A DNA stretch of 64,000 nt. Origin: Candidatus Beckwithbacteria bacterium GW2011_GWC1_49_16 (GTDB lineage: Bacteria; Patescibacteriota; Microgenomatia; UBA1400; CG1-02-47-37). The stretch's first letter is position 1; the number at the start of each line of letters is the position of its first letter. The stretch covers positions 256,193-320,192 of the forward strand of contig CP011210.1 in assembly GCA_001029675.1 (NCBI GenBank). Reading direction: 5' to 3'. Shown here one piece after another: positions 34,618 through 43,700 of the stretch. The position numbers and the translations under genes were made by a program. The notes beneath the pieces are model-generated. The model had not been told where the DNA came from. It made no database searches and worked only from the letters and a program-made list of their open reading frames with translations.

Positions 34618-35036
34618 GTTACGTAGTTTTTTCGATTGCTACGGCTTTGTTTTTTTCGCTGACTTTTTTATTAAGAAAGCTGGCGGTTAAAACTCTGCCG
34701 TTTTCTGCGGCTTTACTGATCGAGGTGGTGGTGGAGTTGGTTTTGTTCGCTATTTTGTTTTGGGTTTTAAAGCCGGAAGGCAGGGTGGAATTGGACTGGT
34801 CAAACAAGGGAGTAAGATACGCGGTTTTGGCCGGAGTGATGGTGGCTTTGGGTGTGGCAGCCAATATCTTGGCAGTCCGAAGTGGGTTTTTGTCTAAGGT
34901 GGTAGCGATTACCTCACCGAGCCAGATTATTTTCGGGGTGCTGTTGGGGCTGGTTTTATTAAGCGAAGCATTGAGCCTGAGGCAGATCGTGGGGGTGATA
35001 CTTGGAGTAGTGGGAGTAATTTTAGTAGTTTACTAG
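34614..35036 (+). CDS. EamA/DMT-family small membrane transporter
   Basis: Five hydrophobic helices; LGLVLLSEALSLRQIVG EamA motif. Confidence 0.8.
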   Translation: MSYVVFSIATALFFSLTFLLRKLAVKTLPFSAALLIEVVVELVLFAILFWVLKPEGRVELDWSNKGVRYAVLAGVMVALGVAANILAVRSGFLSKVVAITSPSQIIFGVLLGLVLLSEALSLRQIVGVILGVVGVILVVY

Positions 35037-35038
35037 CC

Positions 35039-35614
35039 ATGAAATACAAAGTCGGGGTTTTTGGGTCGGCGGTGGATGAGGGGGACGAGGTGATGGCTAA
35101 GGCGCGGCAGGTGGGCGAAGCGCTGGGTAAGTTTAAAGAGAAAATCATCGTGGTGACCGGTGCCTGCAGCGGCGTGCCCTACGAGGCTGCCCGCGAGGCG
35201 GCCAAGGCAGGAGTAACGGTTTGGGGTTATTCGCCCGAGTTTGATGTTTCAGGCCAAAAGCGGTTTACTCCGGAGGATGACTTGTCAATCTATCAAAGAA
35301 TAGTTTTTGTGCCGCGGCAGTTTGGTTTTGAAGACAGGCCGATGGTGAGGAAAAAGTACAGAAACGTGATTTCTACCGCCGACTGTGACGGGGCCATTTT
35401 TATTGCCGGCCGCTGGGGGACGCTTCACGAGTTTAGCTCGTTAGTTGACTATGGCGGAGTCTGCGGAGTTTTGACCGGCACTGGGGGTATCGCCAAGGAA
35501 CTGCCGCAACTAGATGCCAAGGTCAAAAAAGCCGGCTCGGGGAAAGTGATTTTTGATGTAGATCCTGCTAAGCTGGTCAAAGGAGTGATTGATGAGATTT
35601 CAACAAAAGCTTAG
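35039..35614 (+). CDS. LOG/SLOG-family nucleotide-binding protein
   Basis: GVFGSA, VTGACSG, RNVI and GRWGTLHEF motifs. Confidence 0.8.
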   Translation: MKYKVGVFGSAVDEGDEVMAKARQVGEALGKFKEKIIVVTGACSGVPYEAAREAAKAGVTVWGYSPEFDVSGQKRFTPEDDLSIYQRIVFVPRQFGFEDRPMVRKKYRNVISTADCDGAIFIAGRWGTLHEFSSLVDYGGVCGVLTGTGGIAKELPQLDAKVKKAGSGKVIFDVDPAKLVKGVIDEISTKA

Positions 35615-36365
35615 TGCGATCCAGAAGAAAAATAACTCGCTGGTATGCGTGGGGTTAGACCAGGGCGAATTTGAGTTTGATAAAAAAATTATTGAAAAAA
35701 CCCACGACTTGGTTTGCGCTTACAAACCCAATTTTTCCTTTTACGAGGCCCGCGGCGAAACGGGTTGGCGGGATTTGAAACTGACGGCGGAGTATTTAAG
35801 AAAAAACTACCCGGAAGTGGTGACCATTGCCGACGCCAAACGGGCAGATATAGGCAACTCCAACCAAGGGTATGTCAAAGCCATTTTTGACGAGTTAAAG
35901 TTTGACGCGGTCACGGTGCATCCCTACTTGGGTCGGGAGGCGGTGTTGCCGTTTCTTGAACGGGCGGACAAGGGAATATTTGTTTTGTGCCGGACGTCAA
36001 ACCCCGGAGCGGGCGAGTTTCAGGATTTGAAAGTTGGTTCTGCGGCGGGTTCGGGGCAAAAACCTTTGTGGCAGGCAGTGACGGAAGGGGTGCGTGATGA
36101 CTGGAATGAAAACGGCAACGTGATGCTGGTGGCCGGAGCCACTTACCCGGAAGAACTCAAAAAGATTAGAGAAGTAGTGGGGGAGATGACGCTTTTGGTG
36201 CCTGGAGTCGGGGCCCAAGGCGGCGATGTAGCCAAAACCGTCAAAGCGGGGGTAAACAGCCGAGGCGCGGGGATGATTGTTAATTCCTCGCGGGGGATAA
36301 TTTTTGCCGACGATCCGAGAACAGCGGCGGAAAAATTAAGAGACGAGATAAACTCGTTTAGATGA
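35592..36365 (+). CDS. pyrF: Orotidine-5'-phosphate decarboxylase
   Basis: LVCVGLD, DAKRADIGNS, RTSNPG, GATYP, VPGVGAQGG and NSSRGI motifs. Confidence 0.95.
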   Translation: MRFQQKLSAIQKKNNSLVCVGLDQGEFEFDKKIIEKTHDLVCAYKPNFSFYEARGETGWRDLKLTAEYLRKNYPEVVTIADAKRADIGNSNQGYVKAIFDELKFDAVTVHPYLGREAVLPFLERADKGIFVLCRTSNPGAGEFQDLKVGSAAGSGQKPLWQAVTEGVRDDWNENGNVMLVAGATYPEELKKIREVVGEMTLLVPGVGAQGGDVAKTVKAGVNSRGAGMIVNSSRGIIFADDPRTAAEKLRDEINSFR

Positions 36366-37240
36366 AGTTAACTTTTGCCGGACACTCGGTGGAAATAGTT
36401 TCGGCCCGGCCGGGAGAAAAGATCGACGTTGCCAAACTGTTGGCATACCCAGATGAGTTTCACGGTGACACCCGGGTGAATCATTTGGTTAAGTTCGGCG
36501 ATTCGTTTAGCAGTTTAATTGGTCAAAGCAGGGCGGTTTTGCCGAAAGAGGCAGTGGTGGTTTTAGAACATCATTTTGACGAGGCCAAGAAACTGATGGA
36601 TAAAATTAACGCCTTAGCGCAAAGGTTGGTGGCAGAGCCGGAAAAGTACGACGACATCGGTTTTTGCCGACAGTATTTTGAGCTGGCCCGCGCCGGCTAC
36701 AGCTTGCTTGCCAAGCACGAAGCCGAGTTTGGTTTTGATGCTAAGTCTATTCCGGTGAGTCTGGAGCGGGCAGGGCTGGTGACTACCAGGTTGGCCGGGG
36801 GACTCACTCAAGACGCGGTTATTGATAACGAGGTGGCGGTGGTGACCAAAAGGGTTCACCTTAAAGGCGAGCCGGAAACAAATTTGGCGGTGACGGTCAA
36901 ATGGCGGGATAAGCATAAGCTGATTTCAATCAACGGCCGGGAAGTTTTACTGGCTGATTTTGTCAATCCGGCCTCGGGAGCGAGCGGGGCGGCTTTTTTA
37001 CTGGCGGCCAAAGTGGTGAAAGTTTACCCAATTAAAGTACAGCATCGGTCGGTATCTTTAACCCGGCAGGGGGTGAATTTGATCAAACCAGCGCTGAAAG
37101 AGCTGGGAGTGAAAACCAGTTTTTACAGCGTGGGAGAGGCCAGTCAGCTTAACCGCCAGTATTACCTGGTTGGTAATCGAGCCGTGGCTGACGCCGGCCA
37201 GGTTTTGCGGCATTTTCTGCCTAAGTTTTACAAAGATTAA
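36362..37240 (+). CDS. Divergent uracil-phosphoribosyltransferase-like protein
   Basis: VSLERAGL, LLADFVNPASGAS and LNRQYYLVGNRAVADAG echo the Upp motifs ILRAGL, VDPMLATGGS and LNE.GYIVPGLGDAG. Confidence 0.6.
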   Translation: MKLTFAGHSVEIVSARPGEKIDVAKLLAYPDEFHGDTRVNHLVKFGDSFSSLIGQSRAVLPKEAVVVLEHHFDEAKKLMDKINALAQRLVAEPEKYDDIGFCRQYFELARAGYSLLAKHEAEFGFDAKSIPVSLERAGLVTTRLAGGLTQDAVIDNEVAVVTKRVHLKGEPETNLAVTVKWRDKHKLISINGREVLLADFVNPASGASGAAFLLAAKVVKVYPIKVQHRSVSLTRQGVNLIKPALKELGVKTSFYSVGEASQLNRQYYLVGNRAVADAGQVLRHFLPKFYKD

Positions 37241-37260
37241 GCCCCGTGATATAAGAAGTT

Positions 37261-38148
37261 ATGTTGGTGTTTAGCGGGTCGTCAAATAAGCTTTTGGCCC
37301 AAAGAGTCGCCGCCAAACTAAAGACGCGGCTGGGCAAAGTGGAATTGTCGCGGTTTGCCAACGACGAAGCCAGGGTGTGGGTGAAAGAGGCAAGGGTGGG
37401 TAAGAGAGCGATTTTAGTCCAGTCGATGAGCGCACCGACCGATGAGCATTTAATCGAGTTTTGTTTATTGGGAGATGCTTTGGTGAGGCGGGGGGTAAAA
37501 AAAATTATCGCCGTTATCCCCTGGCTGGGGTACACCAAACAGGATAAGGTGTTTCGTCCGGGCGAGCCTTTGTCGGTGGCAGTGATTGCTAAAATCATCG
37601 AGCTTTTACCGCTTCAAAAGGTGATTACTTTTGACCTTCACAAACCGCATACAAGGCGGTTTTTTAAGACTCCGATTGCCAATTTGTCGGCCCGGGAGCT
37701 GCTCGAGGAATATTTTAGAAAACGAGTCAGCAAAAACACCATTGTCGTAGCGCCTGACGTCGGTTCGGTTAAATCCAATACCAGCTTTGCCAAGAAGCTG
37801 AAGCTGCCTTTGGTAAAGATTGATAAAAAGCGGAGTCTGGCCAACGGTAAAGTCAGGGTGGGGGGAGTCAGCGACGAGGTTAAAGGGAAAAGGGTGCTAA
37901 TTAAAGACGACATGATTGCTACCGGCAGTACTTTGATTGAGGCGGTCAAATTCTTGAAAGCCAAAGGGGCAAGTCAGATCGAGGTGGCGGCGACTCATCA
38001 TCTGTATGTGCCGGGGGCGCAGGCAAAACTTGATCGAAGCCCGATTGCCCGCGTGGTGGTGACGGATACGGTCGAGCCTAGAGTAAAGTCAAAGAAATTG
38101 GTCGTTTTGTCCGTGGCGGAGGTGATCGCCCGCGAGATCAGAGTTTAA
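37261..38148 (+). CDS. prs: Ribose-phosphate pyrophosphokinase
   Basis: FANDE, PWLGYTKQDK, DLH, VAPDVG and DDMIATGST motifs. Confidence 0.92.
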   Translation: MLVFSGSSNKLLAQRVAAKLKTRLGKVELSRFANDEARVWVKEARVGKRAILVQSMSAPTDEHLIEFCLLGDALVRRGVKKIIAVIPWLGYTKQDKVFRPGEPLSVAVIAKIIELLPLQKVITFDLHKPHTRRFFKTPIANLSARELLEEYFRKRVSKNTIVVAPDVGSVKSNTSFAKKLKLPLVKIDKKRSLANGKVRVGGVSDEVKGKRVLIKDDMIATGSTLIEAVKFLKAKGASQIEVAATHHLYVPGAQAKLDRSPIARVVVTDTVEPRVKSKKLVVLSVAEVIAREIRV

Positions 38149-38156
38149 TTTGGGGC

Positions 38157-38254
38157 TTGACAGAAATCTAAGTCAAAGCTAAATTCAACTTAGGGCTTGA
38201 TTCAGGCCCTATTTTTTTGGGAAACAAATTACTTTTAGGGCCGGAAAGGAAGAA
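38157..38254 (+). promoter_or_regulatory. Promoter plus structured leader (hairpin + T7) and strong SD
   Basis: TTGACA-17-TAAATT; hairpin 38191-38211 then TTTTTTT; AAAGGA before the ATG at 38255. Confidence 0.6.
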
Positions 38255-38467
38255 ATGAGCGGAGAGAGGTGTTTTCCTGGAGCCGAAGCATTTCTTGTGA
38301 GGCAAGCTGATAAGGCTGGTGAGAGCGGCGGGAGCAACGAAAAAGCAGAACGCCCAGTGGTTCAAGTAGATACTCGTCCGCCGCAAGTAATTCATAAAGA
38401 ATGGCAAGAGGAACAGGCTAGACAGCCCAAGCCGAAGGTGCGCTCATGGACCGGTCGTGGTGGGTGA
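38255..38467 (+). CDS. Small orphan protein
   Basis: 70 aa, preceded by SD. Confidence 0.5.
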   Translation: MSGERCFPGAEAFLVRQADKAGESGGSNEKAERPVVQVDTRPPQVIHKEWQEEQARQPKPKVRSWTGRGG

Positions 38468-38478
38468 AGGAGGGAAAA

Positions 38479-38742
38479 ATGTCAAATTGTGAAGTAGACT
38501 TGGGGCCAAAGGATCCTCCCAGAAGAGTGGGAAATAACTGGGTTAAGGCAAATGAAAATTGGGAGTTAGTAGTAACTGAAAGAGAAGATTATCGACCTAT
38601 GGGTGGGGAAGTCAAACGCAAAAGGGTGGTATGTGGCAATGGATCTGTGAGTATAGGTGAAGTGACTTTTAAGCCTAAGGGTTGGCCTGGTATCAGACAG
38701 GCTGCGGCTACTCGTAGAGGACAGTTGATCGAGACAATTTAG
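38479..38742 (+). CDS. Small orphan protein
   Basis: 87 aa; AAGGAGG SD before the ATG at 38479. Confidence 0.55.
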   Translation: MSNCEVDLGPKDPPRRVGNNWVKANENWELVVTEREDYRPMGGEVKRKRVVCGNGSVSIGEVTFKPKGWPGIRQAAATRRGQLIETI

Positions 38743-38764
38743 TATTGTTTGGTATACTCAAACT

Positions 38765-39385
38765 ATGAGGACAGAGTTGTTAGCAGATTTGAAGTTTTTG
38801 AGAAGTGAGTTTTTGCGGGACGCCAAAGTCATTGACGCGGATAAAGGTTATATTTCGGTGTCGGCCTTTAACTTGCGGATGAAGCCGAAGATTTTGGCGG
38901 TGGCGGCGCGAGTCATAGCGGCCGAATTCAGAAAAGATGAGATCAGCGCCATCCACGGCATCCCCCATTCGGGCAATTTTTTGGCCACGGCGACGGCGAT
39001 TGAACTCAATCGCGATGTCAGGCTGCACGCGTCAAGAAAAGACCAAAACATTCCTGCCTCCTGGAAAGACGTTTATCGGGAAGAGATTCGTTCTTTTACC
39101 ACCAGCTCGGCAGGAATTGATGTGTTTTCGGGGATCAACTTGTCTTTTGTCAAAAAAGGCGACAAGGTGTTACTTTTGGATGACGTTTGCGCCACGGGTG
39201 AGACTGGCTACCGGATTGTAGCAGGCTTAAAAAAGCGGGGGGTCAACGTCGTCGGCTTCGCCGTTTTGTGGGATAAAGTGTTTCAGGGCGGAGTGGACAC
39301 GGTGGCGAAGTTGGGGATAAAAGTTTTTTCCTGCGTGCGGGTGAAAAAGTTAGGCCGTGGCGACCAAGTGGAACTTTTAGAATGA
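38765..39385 (+). CDS. Purine (xanthine/adenine) phosphoribosyltransferase-like protein
   Basis: HASRK, IRSFTT and VLLLDDVCATGET PRPP loop; upstream of guaA. Confidence 0.8.
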   Translation: MRTELLADLKFLRSEFLRDAKVIDADKGYISVSAFNLRMKPKILAVAARVIAAEFRKDEISAIHGIPHSGNFLATATAIELNRDVRLHASRKDQNIPASWKDVYREEIRSFTTSSAGIDVFSGINLSFVKKGDKVLLLDDVCATGETGYRIVAGLKKRGVNVVGFAVLWDKVFQGGVDTVAKLGIKVFSCVRVKKLGRGDQVELLE

Positions 39386-40896
39386 TTGCCGTTATCGACT
39401 TTGGCTCCCAAACTGCCCATTTGATCGCTAGGAGGGTGAGGGATCTGGGTGTGGCGGCCAAGATATTTAGTTTTAAGACGAAGGCCATGGCCCTGAGCGA
39501 AGCGGAGGGGATAATTATCTCCGGCGGTCCGGGGACGATATACCTGCCCGGGGCGCCGAAGCTGGATAAAAAAATTTATTCATTGGCAGTGCCGGTTTTA
39601 GGGATTTGCTACGGCATGCAGCTGATGGGTGACCAACTTGGCGGTAAAGTAAAAAAGGGCAGCAGCCAGGAGTATGGCGGGGTGAGGGTAAACTTAAAAA
39701 AGTCGAAGCTTTTTGAGGGAGCGGGCGGGTGGCAAAGGGTATGGATGAGTCATAGCGACCAGGTGGTTAAACTTCCTTCAGGTTTTGTCAGGACGGGGGA
39801 AAGCCGCGGCACTAAAAATTTGGCCATGGTTGACGAAAAACGAGGACTTTACGGGGTGCAGTTTCATCCCGAGGTGGTCCATACCCAAAAGGGCAGGAAA
39901 ATTTTGAAAAACTTTTTGTTTGACATTTGTGGGGCGAAAAAGAATTGGGGTAAATCAGAGTGGCTTGAAAGTAAGCTCGCGGCGATTAGAAAAGAAGCGG
40001 GAGTCAAAAGAGCCATTTGCGGTTTGTCCGGCGGAATAGACTCGACCACGGCGGCGGCGATGGTTTTTCGGGCGATAGGCAAAAATTTAACCTGTGTTTT
40101 TGTCGACAACGGCTTGATGAGGCTGGGTGAAGCCGGGCAGGTCAAAAAAGATTTTAAGGAGTTTTTTGGAGATAATTTGGTAGTGGTTAGAGCCCAAAGG
40201 GAGTTTCTAGCCGCCTTAAAAGGGGTAACCGATCCGGAGAAAAAAAGAAAGATCATTGGCAGGCTTTATATCCGGCTGTTTGAGGCAGAGGCTAAAAAAG
40301 TTGGGGCAAGTTACTTGGTTCAGGGAACGATTTACCCTGATGTGATTGAAAGCGCCCGAATGCACGATGCCGCCGCTAGCATCAAAACCCACCACAACGT
40401 CGGCGGCTTGCCCAAGAAAATGCGTTTGCAGCTGATTGAACCCTTGCGAGATCTTTATAAGGATGAGGTCAAAGCGGTGGCAAAAAAACTTGGTTTGCCC
40501 CAAAGCGTTATCGAGCGACAACCGTTTCCGGGGCCGGGTTTGGCGGTGAGAATCAGGGGCGAGGTGACTTTAGCCAGGCTTGCCCGCTTGCGACAGGCAG
40601 AGGGGATTTTAAAAGAGGAGATGGAAAAAATTACCCGGCCGAAAGATCTATGGATGGCCTTTTGTGTTTATGTGCCGGTTGCCACCACCGGCGTCAAAGG
40701 CGACTCCAGGAGTTTTGAAGAGATGATTGCCATCCGTTCGGTTGACTCGACAGACGCGATGACGGCGAACTGGACCAGGTGGCCTCCTGGCTTTTTAGCC
40801 CGGGTGTCGGCTCGTATCGTCAACGAGGTACCGGGAATAAACCGGGTAGTATATGATATTACTACTAAGCCTCCGGCGACCATGGAGTGGGAGTAA
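39382..40896 (+). CDS. guaA: GMP synthase (glutamine-hydrolysing)
   Basis: DFGSQ, GICYGMQ, QFHPEV, SGGIDS, IKTHHNV and KPPATMEWE motifs. Confidence 0.97.
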   Translation: MIAVIDFGSQTAHLIARRVRDLGVAAKIFSFKTKAMALSEAEGIIISGGPGTIYLPGAPKLDKKIYSLAVPVLGICYGMQLMGDQLGGKVKKGSSQEYGGVRVNLKKSKLFEGAGGWQRVWMSHSDQVVKLPSGFVRTGESRGTKNLAMVDEKRGLYGVQFHPEVVHTQKGRKILKNFLFDICGAKKNWGKSEWLESKLAAIRKEAGVKRAICGLSGGIDSTTAAAMVFRAIGKNLTCVFVDNGLMRLGEAGQVKKDFKEFFGDNLVVVRAQREFLAALKGVTDPEKKRKIIGRLYIRLFEAEAKKVGASYLVQGTIYPDVIESARMHDAAASIKTHHNVGGLPKKMRLQLIEPLRDLYKDEVKAVAKKLGLPQSVIERQPFPGPGLAVRIRGEVTLARLARLRQAEGILKEEMEKITRPKDLWMAFCVYVPVATTGVKGDSRSFEEMIAIRSVDSTDAMTANWTRWPPGFLARVSARIVNEVPGINRVVYDITTKPPATMEWE

Positions 40897-40899
40897 GTT

Positions 40900-41556
40900 A
40901 TGCGCAAAAGCGGCGTCATTACCGTAATCGGCAACATTGCTTCGGGTAAGTCGACGGCGGTGCCGATTCTGGCAGAGGCTTTGGGCGGCCAGGCAGTATT
41001 TGCCGACGAGCTGTTCCAAACCGTGGACCCGTTTCGGGATAGGTTTTTAGTTGACATCAAGCGTTGGGCTTTAGCCAACGAGTTGTGGCTGGCGGTGGAG
41101 AGGGTGAATTTATTGAAAACCCACCTTAAGGATGCTAAGCGTCGCTGGCAAGTGATCGACAGCGGGATATTGATGAGTTGGGCTTTTACCCACAGTCATT
41201 TTTTGGCCGGCAATTTGACCGAGGACGAGTGGCGTTTGTTTGAGGTGATTTACCGGCGGTTGACCGATGATTTTTTGGCCGGCACGGTGGTGGTGGCCTT
41301 AAGCTGTCCGGTGGCGACCTTGAGAAAAAGGGTGGTCAAAAGGGGTAGAGTTGAAGAGGAAAGGCGGTTTGAGATTAAATATTACCAAAAAAAGTATCTT
41401 AACAATATTAATAAGGGCTTGACGGCGTTGAAGCGGAAGTTAAGACAAGAAAAGAAAGTTAAATTAATCAGCGTCAACGAAGGTAAGATTATGGATTTTG
41501 CCGCCACCGAGCGGGGCAAGAAACAACTGGTGCGGCTGGTGAAAAAAGAACTTTGA
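40900..41556 (+). CDS. Deoxynucleoside kinase-family protein
   Basis: IGNIASGKST, PFRDRF...KRWAL and RVVKRGR motifs. Confidence 0.8.
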   Translation: MRKSGVITVIGNIASGKSTAVPILAEALGGQAVFADELFQTVDPFRDRFLVDIKRWALANELWLAVERVNLLKTHLKDAKRRWQVIDSGILMSWAFTHSHFLAGNLTEDEWRLFEVIYRRLTDDFLAGTVVVALSCPVATLRKRVVKRGRVEEERRFEIKYYQKKYLNNINKGLTALKRKLRQEKKVKLISVNEGKIMDFAATERGKKQLVRLVKKEL

Positions 41557-41570
41557 GGTTAGAATACTCT

Positions 41571-42890
41571 ATGGTGATGGACAAAATATTTGAGATTATT
41601 AAAAAAGAAAAAAAGCGGCAGCGGGAAGAGCTGGCGATGATTCCCTCGGAGAACTTTGCCTCCGAGGCGGTGATGCGGGCGGTGGGATCGTCCTTGATGA
41701 ACAAGTACGCCGAGGGTTATCCCAGGAAACGCTATTACCAGGGCAACGTCAACATGGACCTGGTGGAGAGTTTAGCTCAAGAGCGGATTCTTAAAGTTTT
41801 TGGTTTGAATGAGGCAAGGTGGGGGGTTAACGTCCAGCCCTATTCGGGTTCGCCGGCTAACTTGGCGGTTTACAATGCGCTGCTTGCCCCGGGCGACAAG
41901 ATGATGGGCATGTACTTGCCAGACGGCGGGCACCTAACCCACGGTTGGCGGCTTGATAGTCGGCCGATCAGCATTACTTCAAAGTTTTACCGCTCCGAGT
42001 TTTACCATGTGGATCGTAAAACCCGCGTCTTTAACTACGCGGCCATTGCCAAACAGGCCAAAAAGTACCGGCCGAAAATTATTATTTCCGGCGGCACGGC
42101 TTACCCGAGAAACATCAACCATAAAAAGCTGGCCGGTATTGCCAAAAAAGTCGGGGCTTACTACCTGGCCGACATTGCCCACGAGGCGGGACTGGTTGCC
42201 GGCGGCGCCAACCCGTCGCCGTTTCCTTATGCCGATGTGGTCACTTTTACCACCCACAAGACATTTCGCGGTCCCCGGGGAGCGGTAATTGTGGCCAGAC
42301 GCGACTTGATTGACAAGATTAATTTTTCGGTTTTTCCCGGGCTTCAGGGAGGGCCGCATCTTCATACCATCGCCGGGATTGCGGTGGCGGCCGGTGAGCT
42401 TACCACGGCAAGTTTCCGCCGCTACGCGAGGCAAGTGGTCAAAAACGCCCAAACACTGGCGGCGGAACTGAAAAAAGGAGGACTGGATATTGTCTCCGGA
42501 GGAACGGATAAACACTTGGTGCTGGTTGATTTAAGAAACCTTAAGCTTTCCGGGTGGACGGTAGCCTGGGCTTTGGATAAAGCGGGAATTATTGCCAATA
42601 GAAACACCGTGCCCTACGACACCGCCTCGCCCTATTATCCTTCGGGACTAAGACTGGGGACGCCGGCGTTGACCAGCCGGGGAATGAAGGTGCCGGAGAT
42701 GAAAAAAATCGCCGTTTGGATTTTGGCAGTAATAGACCACGTCAAAAAAGAAAAGATGCCTGAAGGTAAAAAAGCGGTTAACCGCTTTGCCAAAAAGTTT
42801 AGACAAGCAGTAGACCGCGACCCCTGGCTTAAGAAACTGAACCGAGAAGTGACGGCTTTTGCCAAGAAATACCCTTTGCCGGGAATATAA
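41571..42890 (+). CDS. glyA: Serine hydroxymethyltransferase
   Basis: IPSENF, NKYAEGYP, GGHLTHG, TTHKTFRGPRG and FPGLQGGP motifs. Confidence 0.97.
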   Translation: MVMDKIFEIIKKEKKRQREELAMIPSENFASEAVMRAVGSSLMNKYAEGYPRKRYYQGNVNMDLVESLAQERILKVFGLNEARWGVNVQPYSGSPANLAVYNALLAPGDKMMGMYLPDGGHLTHGWRLDSRPISITSKFYRSEFYHVDRKTRVFNYAAIAKQAKKYRPKIIISGGTAYPRNINHKKLAGIAKKVGAYYLADIAHEAGLVAGGANPSPFPYADVVTFTTHKTFRGPRGAVIVARRDLIDKINFSVFPGLQGGPHLHTIAGIAVAAGELTTASFRRYARQVVKNAQTLAAELKKGGLDIVSGGTDKHLVLVDLRNLKLSGWTVAWALDKAGIIANRNTVPYDTASPYYPSGLRLGTPALTSRGMKVPEMKKIAVWILAVIDHVKKEKMPEGKKAVNRFAKKFRQAVDRDPWLKKLNREVTAFAKKYPLPGI

Positions 42891-43696
42891 TGGCGCGAGT
42901 GTTTGACGGCGAGGCTTTGGCTAAGAAAAAAGAAGGCGAGCTTAAAACAAAGATAGAGCGGCTCAAAAAGCAGGGCAAAGGCGCGAAGCTGGCGGTGATA
43001 GTTTTTTCAGACGATGCGGCGGGCAAGCTTTATAGCGACTTGAAGCAGGCGGCAGCCGAAAGGGTGGGGATAGAGTTTGAGGAATTTAACTTTAGTGACA
43101 TTGACCTAGAGCCGGTGATTAAACTGATAGGCAGGTTAAACCGCGACCCGAAAGTGACCGGGATAATGATTCAGCGGCCGGGGGTATCTTGGGGGAAAAG
43201 CCGGGGAATGGATAGAGTTGGGTTTGAGGCCTGGTGGGTACAATTGGTTAAAACAATTGTACCAGGGAAGGATGTTGATGGTTTAAGGCAGGGGAGTCGC
43301 TTTGTGCCGGCTACGGTCAAAGCAGTCGAGGCGATCCTTAACTCGCTGCCGTCCCGGGACGGAAAAGTGGTCGTGGTGGGGAGTTTGGGCTTGGTGGGGC
43401 GGGCCTTGGTGAAAAAACTTGGAGCGACCGGAGTTGACATTGAAACAAAAGATCTGGGAGCGATTACTCTAGAAGCTGACGTTCTGATTTCGGCTGCGGG
43501 GCAGCCCAATTTGATCACGGTCGAAATGGTCAAAGACGGGGCAGTGGTAATTGACGTGGGTTGGCCCAAAGGCGATGTGGATTTTGAGGCGGTAAAACGC
43601 CAAGCGGCAGTAATTACGCCGGTGCCGGGAGGGGTGGGGCCGGTGACTGTGGTTAGCTTACTTGAAAATTTAGTCGAGGCGGGGTATAGTAACTGA
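42890..43696 (+). CDS. folD: Methylene-THF dehydrogenase/cyclohydrolase
   Basis: Y...K, GIMIQ.P, KDVDG, VIDVG and ITPVPGGVGPVT motifs. Confidence 0.9.
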   Translation: MARVFDGEALAKKKEGELKTKIERLKKQGKGAKLAVIVFSDDAAGKLYSDLKQAAAERVGIEFEEFNFSDIDLEPVIKLIGRLNRDPKVTGIMIQRPGVSWGKSRGMDRVGFEAWWVQLVKTIVPGKDVDGLRQGSRFVPATVKAVEAILNSLPSRDGKVVVVGSLGLVGRALVKKLGATGVDIETKDLGAITLEADVLISAAGQPNLITVEMVKDGAVVIDVGWPKGDVDFEAVKRQAAVITPVPGGVGPVTVVSLLENLVEAGYSN

Positions 43697-43700
43697 TCTA

